From Camelus dromedarius (taxonomy: Eukaryota), in contig NC_087436.1 of the NCBI RefSeq assembly GCF_036321535.1, positions 52,702,001 to 52,766,000 on the forward strand: a DNA stretch of 64,000 bases. The letters run 5' to 3'. Positions 24,872-37,570 of this stretch are shown in pieces. The position numbers were made by a program, and so were the translations under genes. Position 1 is the first letter of the stretch. Each line of letters starts with the position of its first letter. The notes beneath the pieces were generated by a model that searched no databases, was not told the DNA's origin, and was given only the letters and a program-made list of their open reading frames with translations.

Positions 24872-25139
24872 GTGAGTTTCCCAACGGCCTCCTTCTCTTC
24901 CCTCCAAAGGCTGCAGTCCCTGGATAGATGGGAGTGGCAGGCATGCAGTGTCGACCCCTTCCTTGAGTGTTGGACGTGCCACAAAATCCATCTGAAAGAG
25001 ACTCCTTTCCAAACTTTTAGCATCTTCTTTCCATGATAGAAACAAAAGAAGCAAAAATTAAAATCCCAGGGGCTGCATCCGTATAGTCTGAGGCTAATAG
25101 GCTCTTTGGTTTTGAAAGTTATACATGTTCTACCCTACA

Positions 25140-25500
25140 TGGCTGTGAAATCATGGTGAAATTTAAGTGTACAATTATGTGTATTTTAACAAATATATTG
25201 ACCCGTGTAACCACTACCATCACCCTCTGCCTCCAAAGTCCCACGTACCCATTTGCCATCAGTTCCCCCCTTTAACCTTTCCCCTGTCCCCAGGGAAACA
25301 CTGATCTGGTTTTTGTCACTATAGATTACTTGTGCCTCAAGAGTTTCATAAAAATGGGTCATGTAATATGTACTCTTTTATATCTGGTTTCTTTCTCACA
25401 GCCTAAGGATTTTGAGATCCATTCCATGCTTTTGCTTCTATCAGTATGTGTTCCTTTTTATTGCTGAGTAGTATTCTATTTGTGGATATAACCATTATTT
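25140..25500 (-). mobile_element. L1M 3'UTR fragment in DDIT4L intron 2
   Basis: tttaagtgtacaatt...ccgtgtaaccactacca...ctttttattgctgagtagtattc. Confidence 0.8.
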
Positions 25501-26733
25501 CATTTTTAATGCCATAAGGAAACTTTAAAACAGCAGTGATGCTGGACATATTGTCATTGCAATTTTAAACAGCAGTTTCTAAATTAACACACTGCTCTGC
25601 CACTAAGGAGCTGTGGGCATAGACAAACTGCTTAAGATCTTTGGGCCTTCCTCCTTTAGAAGGTGAAGTGATCGATAATCTAAATAATTTTATAGGCCAA
25701 AGCTCTAAAATTCTTTATCTTCAACATAGATAAAATACATAGCCTTATAATTCAGAGTGCATTTGTTTCATTTAGTTATTAAAAAAAAAATCCAGTGATC
25801 TAAGTGTATACGTGATGTGGAGAGAGGAAAACTCAATAGCCAATGAGGTGCAGTAGGCTTAGGGTGGGGAGCCCGCAGGGCATCTGCCCGTGCCCTGCTC
25901 AGTTGACTATCTGTGGTGTGGCGTACAGCCAAGTGGTTGGATTAATTTGGAAGGTAGGTGACCAAATGCAGAGCTATCTCTTTTCCTTTGAGCAAATCTA
26001 ATTTTGTTTTCCTAGGACTATTTTGTTTTGCTTGGCTACAAAAAAGTAGCCAGCCAGTTATAAATATCCTTGCGAACCTCAGAGGTCTTCTCTTTGGGCA
26101 GTTTTTAATCAAAGAGGTTGAAGCTAAAATTGGGATCTACAGGCCATTCCAGTAAAGACTTTTAAAGAAAAACACACATTTAATTGCTGTTTAATATAGT
26201 TACTAAGTTCAAGTTCATCACTAAAGAACAATAGCAAAAATTCTGTATTTAACAATATTAAATGCATATATTCTTAGAGTGAAAAGGTAATAATCCTTAG
26301 TCAAAAAAATTAACATTTTTATTCAAGAACTAATGTACAGTCTCTGTAAAACAAAATCAGAAAACCATAAGCTAGTAAGGAAGCAGGAAAGAAAAGAAAG
26401 TCACTAGTATTCTAAGATAACTATAAACAGATTTGAGATACACAGTCGTTAAGATTGTGTGTACACATAAATTTATTAAAAAGTGGTTATAGCCTACCCA
26501 TCCTATTTATCAAAACCTTTATTTCATAGGTGAACTTTTAGTCTCAGGTCAAATGACTCACTCTGTTACACAGCTAGTTAATGGTAAAGTGAGATCAAAT
26601 GACTCCCAAACAAATATTAGAAACAGGCAGATGTGATAGATAGAAATAACTAATGTTGCTATCTCATGGTATGTTTTTTGTGCTCCTGGAATTTTTTTTT
26701 TTTTTTTTAATCTTGAAGTTCCATTTTCTACAG

Positions 26734-27224
26734 ATTTTGACTACTGGGATTATGTTGTTCCTGAACCCAACCTCAATGAGATGATATTTGAGGAGACAAC
26801 TTGCCAGAGTTTGGTTAAAATGCTGGAGAACTGTCTGTCCAAATCAAAGCACACCAAACTCGGTTGCTCAAAAGTCCTTGTTCCTGAGAAACTGACCCAG
26901 AGGATTGCTCAAGACGTCCTGAGGCTTTCCTCCACCGAGCCCTGCGGCCTGCGGGGTTGCGTTATGCACGTGAACTTGGAAATTGAAAATGTATGTAAAA
27001 AGCTGGATAGGATTGTGTGTGATTCTAGCGTGGTGCCCACTTTTGAGCTCACCCTTGTGTTTAAGCAGGACAACTGCTCGTGGACGAGCTTCAGGGATTT
27101 TTTCTTTAGTCGAGGTCGCTTCTCCTCTGGCCTCAGGCGAACTGTGATCCTGAGCTCAGGATTCCGACTTGTTAAAAAAAAGCTGTATTCCTTGATTGGA
27201 ACCACAGTCATTGAAGAGTGCTAA
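26734..27224 (+). CDS. DDIT4L: DDIT4L second coding exon (exon 3), RTP801 C-terminal domain
   Basis: Acceptor ttttctacag|at; DFDYWDYVVPEPNLNE...EPCGLRGC...GFRLVKKKLYS...IEEC*; 91+491=582 nt gives 193 aa, the known REDD2 length. Confidence 0.98.
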
Positions 27225-29010
27225 AAGGGAAGCACTTAAAAGAGTCCTTTTTATGATTGGGTAATAAAACTTCTCAGCTGCTCGGTTAAAGTCATGGTAG
27301 TTTGCCCTGCCTGCTCTCAGTGAGAGACCCCAAACTGAGTTCATCTTCCTTCTGTTTCATATGCACAGCCACCCCAACTGAAGGGCTTACTGGGGGGCTT
27401 TTGAGAAATGACCCGAAAGAGAGAACATTATCTGCATTTATCACGGTTTTTATAAAATGGAATGGAATGGAATAAGTAAGGAAAAGAAGCAATCCAATCC
27501 ACTTTAGTTTTTTACTTGACTCTACGAATTTTCCAAGCAGTCTTGCTAATAGACTGTATAAACCCACTTTGCCTAGTTTGATTTTCATATGGCTTTTCTT
27601 CTGTAAGTTTTCAGAGTGGTCCTTTCAACCACAGAATCTTAATCTGAATGATGGTTAGCCCATCAAAACTTCCAGAAGCCCAAACCACCAATTTCCTGCC
27701 CCTACTCAAATTTGAAGAATTCTTATACAGAAGGATAGAGATAAGTGGGTGAGTTTCATAAAACTTAACGCCATGCAAAAGCAAATGAGGACTGTCAGGG
27801 CAAGAACAGAACTCAGAACTAAGTGCTTCTATGTTTCTTTGCCCCCTCTCCATGCTTCTGTTTCAAAGAGGTGGCAAAAGCTTGAGCTGCCATTTCAGTA
27901 ACCATAGTATTGTTTTAAATAATTTTATGGTACAGTAGAAGCTTAATTTTTCTAGTTCTCAAGTATTGACTTTTATCTTTAAACTAGAAAAATGGAAAAT
28001 GCTGATTTCTTTGCATGTAGTTGATTACTCTCCCATTGAGTGAATGTGTACAAGGATGGGAAGTGAGTTCCAGTCCCTTTCTCGTTCACTTGATAACCCA
28101 GCTTCCTTTTGCTAGTACATAATGCTTACTCTCAGATGAACCATCTCACCATGTCAGTGTTGTCTTATCCTTGGCTCTCCTGGAAACTGAAGGATCTCTC
28201 CTCAACCCAAATCTTCAAAGGGGAGAGCGGCACACTACCACTTTTAATTATTAAGATGGGCCTATTTACAAAGTCTCCTTTGGCTCTGGCTATCTGGTTT
28301 ATAGTACAGACTAGGGGATGAAAATCATAATCTAGATAACCAGTGCACATACACAGCCTTCTTCATCCTTTGATACCTCTCCCTAGGGAATAATAAAGGC
28401 CTTGTGTTTTCTCTTGTTCCAACTAGCTAGGTCATTGTCTTTTTTCTTTATGTTACTGAGAGAATGTAGCCTCCACATCACAGTGTTCAATCCAGCAAGG
28501 CCTTCACATCCTTGCTGTGGGTCATGGATAAGGAGATTATACAGGTCTCCTGCCCAAGCTATTATCATCACTTTATATGCCTGAGGCCAGGGTTGCAGTG
28601 ACCATAGCTTCATCCTGGTGTAATTCAAAAGCAGGTGTGATCCTGTTCCTGATCCCATGGATGACTTAAAATTTCACTATTCAAATCAGCAAGTGTCCTC
28701 ACAAACTGAACTTTTCAAATGCTTGGAAAGATACCACAAAGCTGTTCTTATAGGACTGGGCCAGGATAAGTCAAGCTTGTTTTGCATGTCTGTTATTGTC
28801 TGGGGCTCTGAAGGTCATTGATTCCATGGGTAAGGCATCTCTGGCATGGATGTAGAACTGTTGTCGTTTTTCCACTAACAGTTGTCTGACTCTCTTGTCT
28901 TGTATGCTCACAAAATAGTGATGGCTTATAGAGACTCTTAAATTAATATTCCTGTTAAAGGAAATTAAAGTTTGTCTATTTTTGACAATAAAACATCATA
29001 TATTTTTAAT
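27225..29010 (+). other. DDIT4L: DDIT4L 3'UTR (inferred, ~1.8 kb)
   Basis: Repeat-free stretch from the stop codon to the AATAAA at 28987. Confidence 0.65.
28987..28992 (+). terminator. DDIT4L: Polyadenylation signal AATAAA
   Basis: gacAATAAAacatca followed by U/GU-rich ttctcttgtcctttgtcttttc. Confidence 0.7.
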
Positions 29011-29509
29011 TCTCTTGTCCTTTGTCTTTTCTGAATTTATGCAATGATCACCCTAAAATATATTTGACAATATTTGAACAAAATTGACAGAACAATTACT
29101 TATCCCCTTTTTGACAAAAGCTTTGTACCCTTCATTATAATATTCCAATTGTATCTATCGCATGTGCCTGTGTGTCAATAATGAGTCATTTTCTTCATAA
29201 TTTTTCAAATACAGTAATACTTCCAAATAGGAAGACATTAAGAATTTGAGCTCCTTTGGCAACTGCCTTAAAAAAAAAAAAAAAACTCATTATGTAAAGG
29301 CTTTTTCTGTATTTTTCCTAATGACCAAATGCAAAGACGTCAAATTGTAAGATCTGTATACATTTTTATTTTTACGAGAATATTCTATTAGAACAATAGA
29401 TCTTTCTAATTCCACAATTATTCATCAATTTGAATTTTTAATCTTGTCCACCTATCTTTTCTGTCTCTTCAAATTTATGTCATTAGCTCAGACTTCTCCC
29501 ACAGCATAA

Positions 29510-29745
29510 CCCACCTTTAATAAGACTTGCTAAGTTTAGGCATGATCTAGATGCTTTATATATAAACCATCTCATTTACTCTTCATAACAGCCTCATGAA
29601 ATGAGACCACTACCATCTCCATCTTATGGATAAGTGACCAGACACAGAGAGGTTAAGTAACTTGCCCAAAGTCACCAAGTCATGTGGGAAAGCCGAAGTG
29701 TAAAATCAAGCAGACCCCAGGGGCTGTGCTCACCATGCTGCCTCT
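29510..29745 (-). mobile_element. MIR SINE
   Basis: ctcatttactcttcataacagcc...cacagagaggttaagtaacttgcccaaagtcac. Confidence 0.85.
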
Positions 29746-30479
29746 CAATGTGTGAGGCCCTCACCCTCATCACCAAAGGCTGTAGAAACCACGTCAGAAA
29801 CATCTGCCCCTAACTTCGAACAAAGAATTCTTCATGCGGTTTCTTTTCAGGAAGAAACGATGAGGAAACTATTGACAGTATTCACCATTCAGTGAAGCAG
29901 AGCTGTGCTTAGAATAAAAAAATCTACCAATATTTAAGACATGCATTTCCATCCTGGCATCTTCACACCTGTCTTTTGCAATTGATCTGACTACTTTCTC
30001 TGTACCATCAAAAAAAAAAAAAAGATGTGATTTGTTCCCTATTTCAATGGGGAATAAACTGTAGGCTAGAATGTGTATGGCCTCCTGAAAGAACTAATGA
30101 CTAATTTTCTCTTATTAATAGAAAGATAGTATAATTTTATAGTAATGGACTCAATATCCTGATTCTACTTTGCAATGACATGATCTATATTCTCATGGAG
30201 TTAGCATCATGTTGCACTATTGACAGTTTTCCCATTTGCATAGTGGAAGAATGGACAAGCATAAAAATATTGAGCCTAAGACACTCAGGATTAAATTATC
30301 CATATTGGTTTAAACAAGTGATAATAAAAACAAAAGTCCAAGGCATGTTGGTGGCAGATGAGGAGGGAGAGATACATGGTGATGAGCTGGGAGAAGGTTC
30401 ATGCAGATGTTCAGAACCTCAGACTTCTGCCTAGACTCTGCCATTGATTATAGATTCACAACACTCCATTGGGTCTGCA

Positions 30480-30690
30480 TCTGCCACAGACAAGAGAAGA
30501 GAGAGACTGTACAGGATCTCATGGGAAACTTGGGGGCCAGGCATGTAAGTGATGTACATAACTTCTGCCTATATCCTCTGTAGAACTCAGTCACATGGCC
30601 CCACTCAATGGAAAGAGGGGCTGGGAAATGTGGTAGCATGATGTGTGCAGAAGGAATTGGGCTTGATGAACTGAAAACAGTTTCTGCCCC
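30480..30690. mobile_element. MLT1-type MaLR LTR fragment
   Basis: agaactcagtcacatggcccca...ggggctgggaaatgtggt. Confidence 0.6.
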
Positions 30691-30699
30691 ACAGAGAGA

Positions 30700-31470
30700 G
30701 ACAAGTCAGTCTGAAACAATAGAGAGCCCAGACGCAGACCTATACGGACGTGTATGGAAAGTTGATCTACAGCCAAGTTGGCACTTTAGACCAATGGGTA
30801 AATAGATGATGGTGTTTTCACTAATTGGAGTTATAATAATTGTTTATCTACATGAAAAAATAAATAAAATTGGATGCATACACATCAAGCATGAAAATCA
30901 ATTCCACGGTGATTAGAGAATTAAATGTGAAAGGGAAATAACAATATAATTTTTATGATTTTGAATTAGAGAAAGATTTCTCAAATAAGATGTAAAGAAA
31001 TCAATGAAACTTTTTATCTATCACATAACACTATGAAGAGAATAAAAATATAAGTCATGAACTAAAAGAAACTTCTATACATATAACTGAAAAAGAGTAA
31101 CCAGAATATGTCAAGAATTATTTCAAATCAATTAGAAAAACACAAACTACTCAAAGAAAAAACATGGGCAAAAGCTTGAATAGGTACTTTACAGAAAAGG
31201 AAACCCATATGGTGACAGACATATGAAAAGATGCTCAGTCTAATTAGTAGCCAGATAAATCCAGATTAAAAGCACAATGAGACACCAATATAAACACATT
31301 CTTATTGGTTTAAAAAGAGGGGGGTTAAAAAGCTGGTTAGGAGACAGGGGCAAAAAAAAAAACACCTCATTTCGACATGCCAATATGTGTATCTGTAGTC
31401 TGACATTATTTGTAAAGCTGAAGACAAACATATTTTAGGAGTTAGTAATTCTATTTTTATTTATCAAACC
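30700..31470 (+). mobile_element. Degraded L1M ORF2 3' fragment
   Basis: gaaacaatagagagcccaga...atgggcaaaagcttgaataggtactttaca...catatgaaaagatgctca. Confidence 0.75.
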
Positions 31471-32244
31471 TAGACCAGCATTCTTCAAACTTTTTGTTTG
31501 TTGCACATCTAAAAGAAGTTTGTAATAGTACATGCTCAGCCACATTTTTCACTTGCCATCCAAAATTTCCACCCTAAGTTTAAAAAGTTGCAAATAATAT
31601 ACATTCCACTATGTTGTGAATATGATCTTCTTAAATGAAACAATTACATCATCTTGTTAGGTGTTTGCAATGGAACGTAAATAGTACAGTAATTTAGTAC
31701 ACACCAACAACTATTTAGAAAACACTAAATTAGGGTTTTCAACAGAATAAGAATTTTTAGTGTTACTTTTTCTTTTTTCTTGTATCTTCTTAAAGTCTAC
31801 TTTTTACACTAAATTTTACCTTTATATATTTTAGACTTGAAAGTCTTTTATTAATATTTCCTCTTATAATAAAAATAAGATTAAATTTAAACTACAATTT
31901 TTTTAATTTCCTGTGATCATAAGGATTTAAACATTAATTTTTAATTGCATTGACTTTATAAATAGTAATAGTACACGATAATCAAACATTAAATATGTTT
32001 CTGAATTATATAATACTATTAAGCAAAAAATAATATTCTCTCAGTGAAATGATTCTTTTTTCCACCTTAAAACTGAACTTCTATTTAGTTTTTGTGCTTA
32101 GTCTTTTACTATAAACATTTTTCTTGTTACAATGAATGATCAATGATCATTTTGATGATTAAGCAATATTCCATCTAGTTGAGTTACCATAATCAGCCAA
32201 ATTGTTCCCTACTGTTGGATTTCTAGATTTTTCTTTTTCTTACT

Positions 32245-32677
32245 ATTTTTATTGAAGTACAGCTGATGTAAAATATTATATAAGTTACAGGCATACAATA
32301 TAGAGATTCACAATTTTTAAAGGTTATACTTCATTTATAGTTATTATAAAATATTTGCTGTATTCCAAGTGCTGTACAATATATCCTTGTAGCTTATTTT
32401 ATACATGCTAGTTTGTACCTTTTAATCCCCTACCTCTATGTTGCCCCTCCCCACTTCCCTCCCTCCACTGAGAATCACTAATTTATTCTCTATATCTGTG
32501 AGTGTTTCTTTTTTGTTATGTTCACTAGTTCATTGTATTTTTTAGATTCCACATATACATGAATCCTACAGTATTTGTCTATCTCTATTTCACTTAGCAT
32601 AATACCCTTCAAGCCCATCCATGTTGTTGCAAATGGCAAAATTTTATTTTTTTATGGCTACGTAGTATTCTAGTGTG

Positions 32678-32737
<60 letters not shown>

Positions 32738-33107
32738 ATATCTTCTTTATCCATTCATCTGTTGATGGACACTTAGGTTGCTTCCATATCTCAGCTGTTA
32801 TAAATAAATAATGCTGCTATGAACATTGGAAAGATACGTGTATCTTTTCAAATAGTGTTTCGGGTTTTTTTAGATATATACAGAGGAGTGGAATTACTGG
32901 GTCATATGGTAGTCCCAGTTTTAGTTTTTTGAAAAACCTTCTTTGTGTTTTCCACAGTGGCTGCTCCAGTTTATATTCCCACCAACAGTGTACGAGGGTT
33001 CCCTTTTCTCCACACCCTTGCCAACATTTGTTATTTGTTTTCTTTTTGATGATAGCCATTCTGACAGGTGTGAGGTGATATCTCATTGCAGTTTTAGTCT
33101 GCAGGTA
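32245..33107 (-). mobile_element. L1 3' end (ORF2 C-terminus + 3'UTR) with internal (TA)n(CA)n
   Basis: Minus [18 protein letters not shown]...[17 protein letters not shown] is the L1 ORF2 Cys-rich C-terminus. Confidence 0.95.
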
Positions 33108-33390
33108 AAATGATTCTTTTAAATTAGTGAATTAATTTATAGATAATTGTTTTTGCTAAATTTGGAGGATTAAGCATCATTTCCTGTTTTGTCTGTAAAT
33201 GTAAGCTCTGAGAAAATATGTTAGTATCAATAAGTAGATGGGAATATAGATAATTTGCCTGTTACAATATCAAACTGTAATCAATATTTGAACTACTTTC
33301 AAGATATATGCCAAAGTCACATAAATATCTATCACCAAAAAATATTTCAAATGATCAATACTCAGATAGTTCAATAAGAGTTTATTTCCA

Positions 33391-34110
33391 TGTAGTTTGG
33401 TGCAGCCATTATGGAAAACAGTATACAGATTCCTCAAAAAACTAAAAATAGACTTACCAAATGATCCAGCAATCTCACTCCTGGGCATATATCTGAAGGA
33501 CACTTTAATTTGAAAAGATACATGTACCCCAATGTTCATAGCAGCACTATATACTATAGCCAAGACATGGAAACAGCCTAAATGTCTGTCAAGAGATGAC
33601 TGGATAAAGAATTTGAGGTATATTTATACGATGTAATACTACTCAGCCATATAAAAGAATAAAACAATGGTATTTACAGCAACATCGATGGACCTAGAGA
33701 TCATCATTCTAAGTGAAGTAAGCCAGAAGGAGAAAGAAAAATAACATTTGATATCATTCACATGTATGTAGAATCCAAAAAAAAGGAAAAAAAGAGGACC
33801 CTAATGAACTCATCTACAAAATGGAAACAGACTCACAGACATAGTAAATAATCTTATGGTTACCGGGGGAAGGGGATGGGAAGGGATAAATTTGGGAGTT
33901 TGAGATTTGCAAATGTTAGCCACCATATATAAAAACAGATTTTAAAATGTTTCTTCTGTATAGCACAGGGAACTATATTCAGTATCTTGTAATAACCTTT
34001 AATGAAACAGAATATGAGAACAAATATATGTATGTATATGCATGACTGGGACATTGCGCTGTACACAAGAAATTAACACATTGTAACTGACTGTACTTCA
34101 ATTAAAAAAA
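33391..34110 (+). mobile_element. Camelid-like L1 3' end with A-tail
   Basis: ggtgcagccattatggaaaacag...gactgtacttcaattaaaaaa; degenerate TSD aagagtttatttcca / aagattttattctca. Confidence 0.95.
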
Positions 34111-34169
34111 AAGATTTTATTCTCATATTGTTGAAATCAGAGGACTAAAGACCACCTGATTTGCAAAAA

Positions 34170-34552
34170 GACTTTCTCAGGCTGCCATAACCAATACTAC
34201 AGACTGGGTGGCTTTAAGCATCAGAAATTTATTTCTCACAGTTCTGGAGGCTGGAAGTGTGAGATCAAGGGGTTGTCAGTGTTAGTTTCTTCTGAAGCTT
34301 CTCTCCATGGATTGTAGATGGCAGCCTTCTCCCTTCGCCATCTTTCCTCTGTACTGTTTGTGTCCAAATCTTCATATAAGAACACCAATCATATCACATT
34401 TGGACCTACCCTAATGACCTTAACTTTAACCTAATCATTTCTTTATAAACCCTATCTCTAAATATAGTCATATGCTGAGGCACAGGGCATTAGGATTTCA
34501 ACATATGAATTTCATACGAATTTTGGGAGTACACAATTCAGCTCATAACACC
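34170..34552 (-). mobile_element. MLT1A-like MaLR solo LTR
   Basis: ggctgccataac...cagactgggtggcttt...atttatttctcacagttctggaggctggaagt...caattcagctcataaca. Confidence 0.85.
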
Positions 34553-34949
34553 AGACATTCAAATAATCAGCTTTCTCAATACTATCCTAGAGTGACAGTT
34601 CAAACTGTCCTTTTGTTTGGTACCATAGAGGTTATTACACCCCTGAATAAAGCATTATATATCAAGATGGGCTAATAGTGAGGGGCATGTCTTTTGTGAA
34701 GTAGGGGAAGAGGATTGTTACAGGGGAAGTGAACAAGTAAGACCTGCATCTCAGGTAAGTTTTCAGGGAGATCAATTTTAGGAAAGAATATATATAGAAG
34801 CAAAGGGTTTGGAAATCAGTCACCTTAAAACTGTGTGCTGCACAAACCTCAGTGAAAACATTTGTTTGCCCCTGTAATAATTTTCCAGTTTTAAGACTGC
34901 TGCCTTGGACTGATAGGTCAGCATCACACTGTTTAAAAGCGTGATGTTT

Positions 34950-35460
34950 AGTGTGGAAACAACACAAATGTCCATCAACTATAGAATGGCTAAATGAATT
35001 GTGCTACAGTCATAAATGGAATGCTAAAGAACAATGAAAATGAGTAGAATTTAAATTATAAAGGACTTGGATTAATCTTTAGGATATAATATTGAATACA
35101 AAAAGAAGTTACAAAAGAATAAGTAGGCTATCTTTATATTTATGTAATGATTAAAAACATGGAAAACTAAAATGTTTAGAGATACCAATATATGTGGTTT
35201 ATCTATTTTTAAAAAACCCAGGGATTTATAAGCACAAATTTCGGGGTAGTGGATACATCTGAAGGGATAGGAAAGTAGGTGGAAATAATGAGGAGCCCAC
35301 AGAAAACATAAAAGGTGATAATAGTCATCTTTTCTAAAATTTGGAAGTAGACATGCATATATTGTTGAATCCTGACTCCTTATGCTTTAGATGTCTTTTA
35401 TAAATCTCTTTTTGTACTGTACCTACTAATTTAATAGTAAATTAAATATTTAAAAATTTT
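34950..35460 (+). mobile_element. L1ME-like 3'UTR
   Basis: tggaaacaacacaaatgtccatcaactatagaatggctaaatgaattgtg. Confidence 0.7.
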
Positions 35461-36319
35461 AAAAGTCTATGAGCAGTTTAAAAATTTAAGCGAAGTTCAA
35501 ACTAAGAATTTTCTGTACTTACAACAAGTCTATTTTCACTAAACTAGCTCTAAAAGACATGAAAATCTGATAATTTATTTGGGTCACTAATTTTTCCTAG
35601 TATAAATACTTTAAGTAAACTGTAACAATTATTACAGCCATCATTCAATTATTCTCACCATAGAGGAAAACCATGGAATAAATAATGAAAAACAGCATAA
35701 AATGTGAAAATCATTACCATTTGGCCATGGGCTACAAATTATTAATCTTGTGACACATTTACTTTTGCAGAGAATAATATAAACTGATGTTTATTGCCTG
35801 AACACACAATATGTGAGAAATTATGACAGAGAATGCTGAAGAATGCAGACTATTTGAAAGAGGCTACTAAGGAAACTGACCATCTGGATAACTAAGTTTT
35901 TATCTTATTTCCAGAACTGATAATTAGGTCAAGTTATTTACATAATAATATTAGTTAATGATTTGCAAATATTAAAAAATAACTTTTCAATCTACTCAAA
36001 CATACTGAAAGAAATGCAAAGGCAGACAAATCAAATTTCAAACTGAAAACCAAATTATAGCTCAAGTATGACTTTGCTGGGAAAGAATGAGGGAAGTTTT
36101 ATAAACCTATTTCAAGGCTGAAATCCAGACTAAAGCCATTTGGAGGCAGTGTAAAGACCATTTTGCAATGTTCTATCAGCAATAGCATGAAGATACTGAG
36201 TCAACTGTTCCTGTGTTTCAGAGAATGCTCTGGTAGCTACCACATATATCAAATGCAACTTGCTATAATAGTAGCACCGTGGACTATGAAGGAAGTATTA
36301 GCATCAACAACACAGACAA

Positions 36320-36762
36320 GTTGTAACATGAGGGATAGGGACCTCTAAAGGGGCTGAGATTCACCCCACTTCAGAGGTAACATAGTAGCTGCCACAGTAT
36401 CATGGATACTTGCAGAAGATGCAAGACTCCTGGGACAGAGACAAAGTATTCTACTACTTAAGCAGCATGAGCACCAGCATATCATCAGTCCCCTAACCGC
36501 TTCCAAGGCCCACAGGAGCAAAGGTGTTGGATCCAGTGGATGCCTAGGCGTTGTGTTACAGGAGAGGAACCCTGAGTTTAGGGAATCCAAGTCTTTTATA
36601 ATGGGCATACCTGCCCTTTGCCACTGAAAAAGACACTACTTATCTTCCATATTTGATCACTATACAAACCTTGAAAAGACAGTTGAGATCAAACGGCAAC
36701 CACTTCCTCACTTGTAAGACATGCAGAGACATAAGCAACTCACAGAGAATTGTCTCTCAACA
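36320..36762 (-). mobile_element. ERV LTR (probably ERVL class)
   Basis: Minus strand begins TGTTGAGAGACAATTCTC; family name uncertain. Confidence 0.55.
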
Positions 36763-36799
36763 GCTAGCGTTAAGACCTGAGCCTGCCATCTGTTGTTAA

Positions 36800-37570
36800 A
36801 AATCAAGTACAATAAACAAATGACTTCTATCCTGTGATCACAGTGCATGTACCAAATAACATAGTTTCAAAATATTAAGTGCATATTCATAAAATTAGAC
36901 AGTAAGTTGAACAATTTACAATCATAGTGAACAATGTCAATATACTTCTGTCAATAATCAAGAGATCAATCCAAAATAGAATTAAAGAAGTGAAAGATTC
37001 AATGACACTACACATGATGTATTTGATAACCATGCGTAACACTGCAAAACCTCAACTTAATAACTACATTATTTCCATGTCAACAGGAAACATATCCCTA
37101 AATTTACCACATTTTATAACACACAGCAAATATTAAATTAACAAAGACTATTCTGTGAAATAAATTACAAAAACATGAAAACAACCACAAATCCTCCATA
37201 CATTTGGAAATTTAAATACAAACATACAAATACAAATATTCTTCTAAATAATTCATAGGTCAAAATAATTTTAAAAAGTTAGGATTTAATGATAATGAAA
37301 TTGCTATATATAAAAATATCTAGGATACAGATAAGATTGTACATAAAAAGAAATATATTGCCTTAAATATTTGCATGAGTAAAGGAAAAAATAAAAATTA
37401 TTTTTGGAAAAGGAATGAGATCTGTAAAAGCAACACAGGGGCATCTCTAGTGAATTATTGATAAAAAAAAACTAAAGATAAATAAAGTTTGAAAACTGTT
37501 AAAATCTAGTACATAGTTATTTTATAATTTTCTGTATTTTTCTTTGCACTTCAATATTTTATTTATTTTT
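36800..37570 (+). mobile_element. Highly degraded L1M fragments
   Basis: atgtaccaaataacatagtttcaaaata...catttggaaatttaa...cttctaaataattcataggtcaaa (endonuclease-region-like). Confidence 0.55.

Noticed and set aside
26909..27211. 100-aa ORF antisense to DDIT4L exon 3
   Set aside because: Shadow ORF of the real coding strand
33108..33391. Opposed L1s read as one twin-priming inversion
   Set aside because: Each has its own 3' end and candidate TSD, with non-L1 sequence between them
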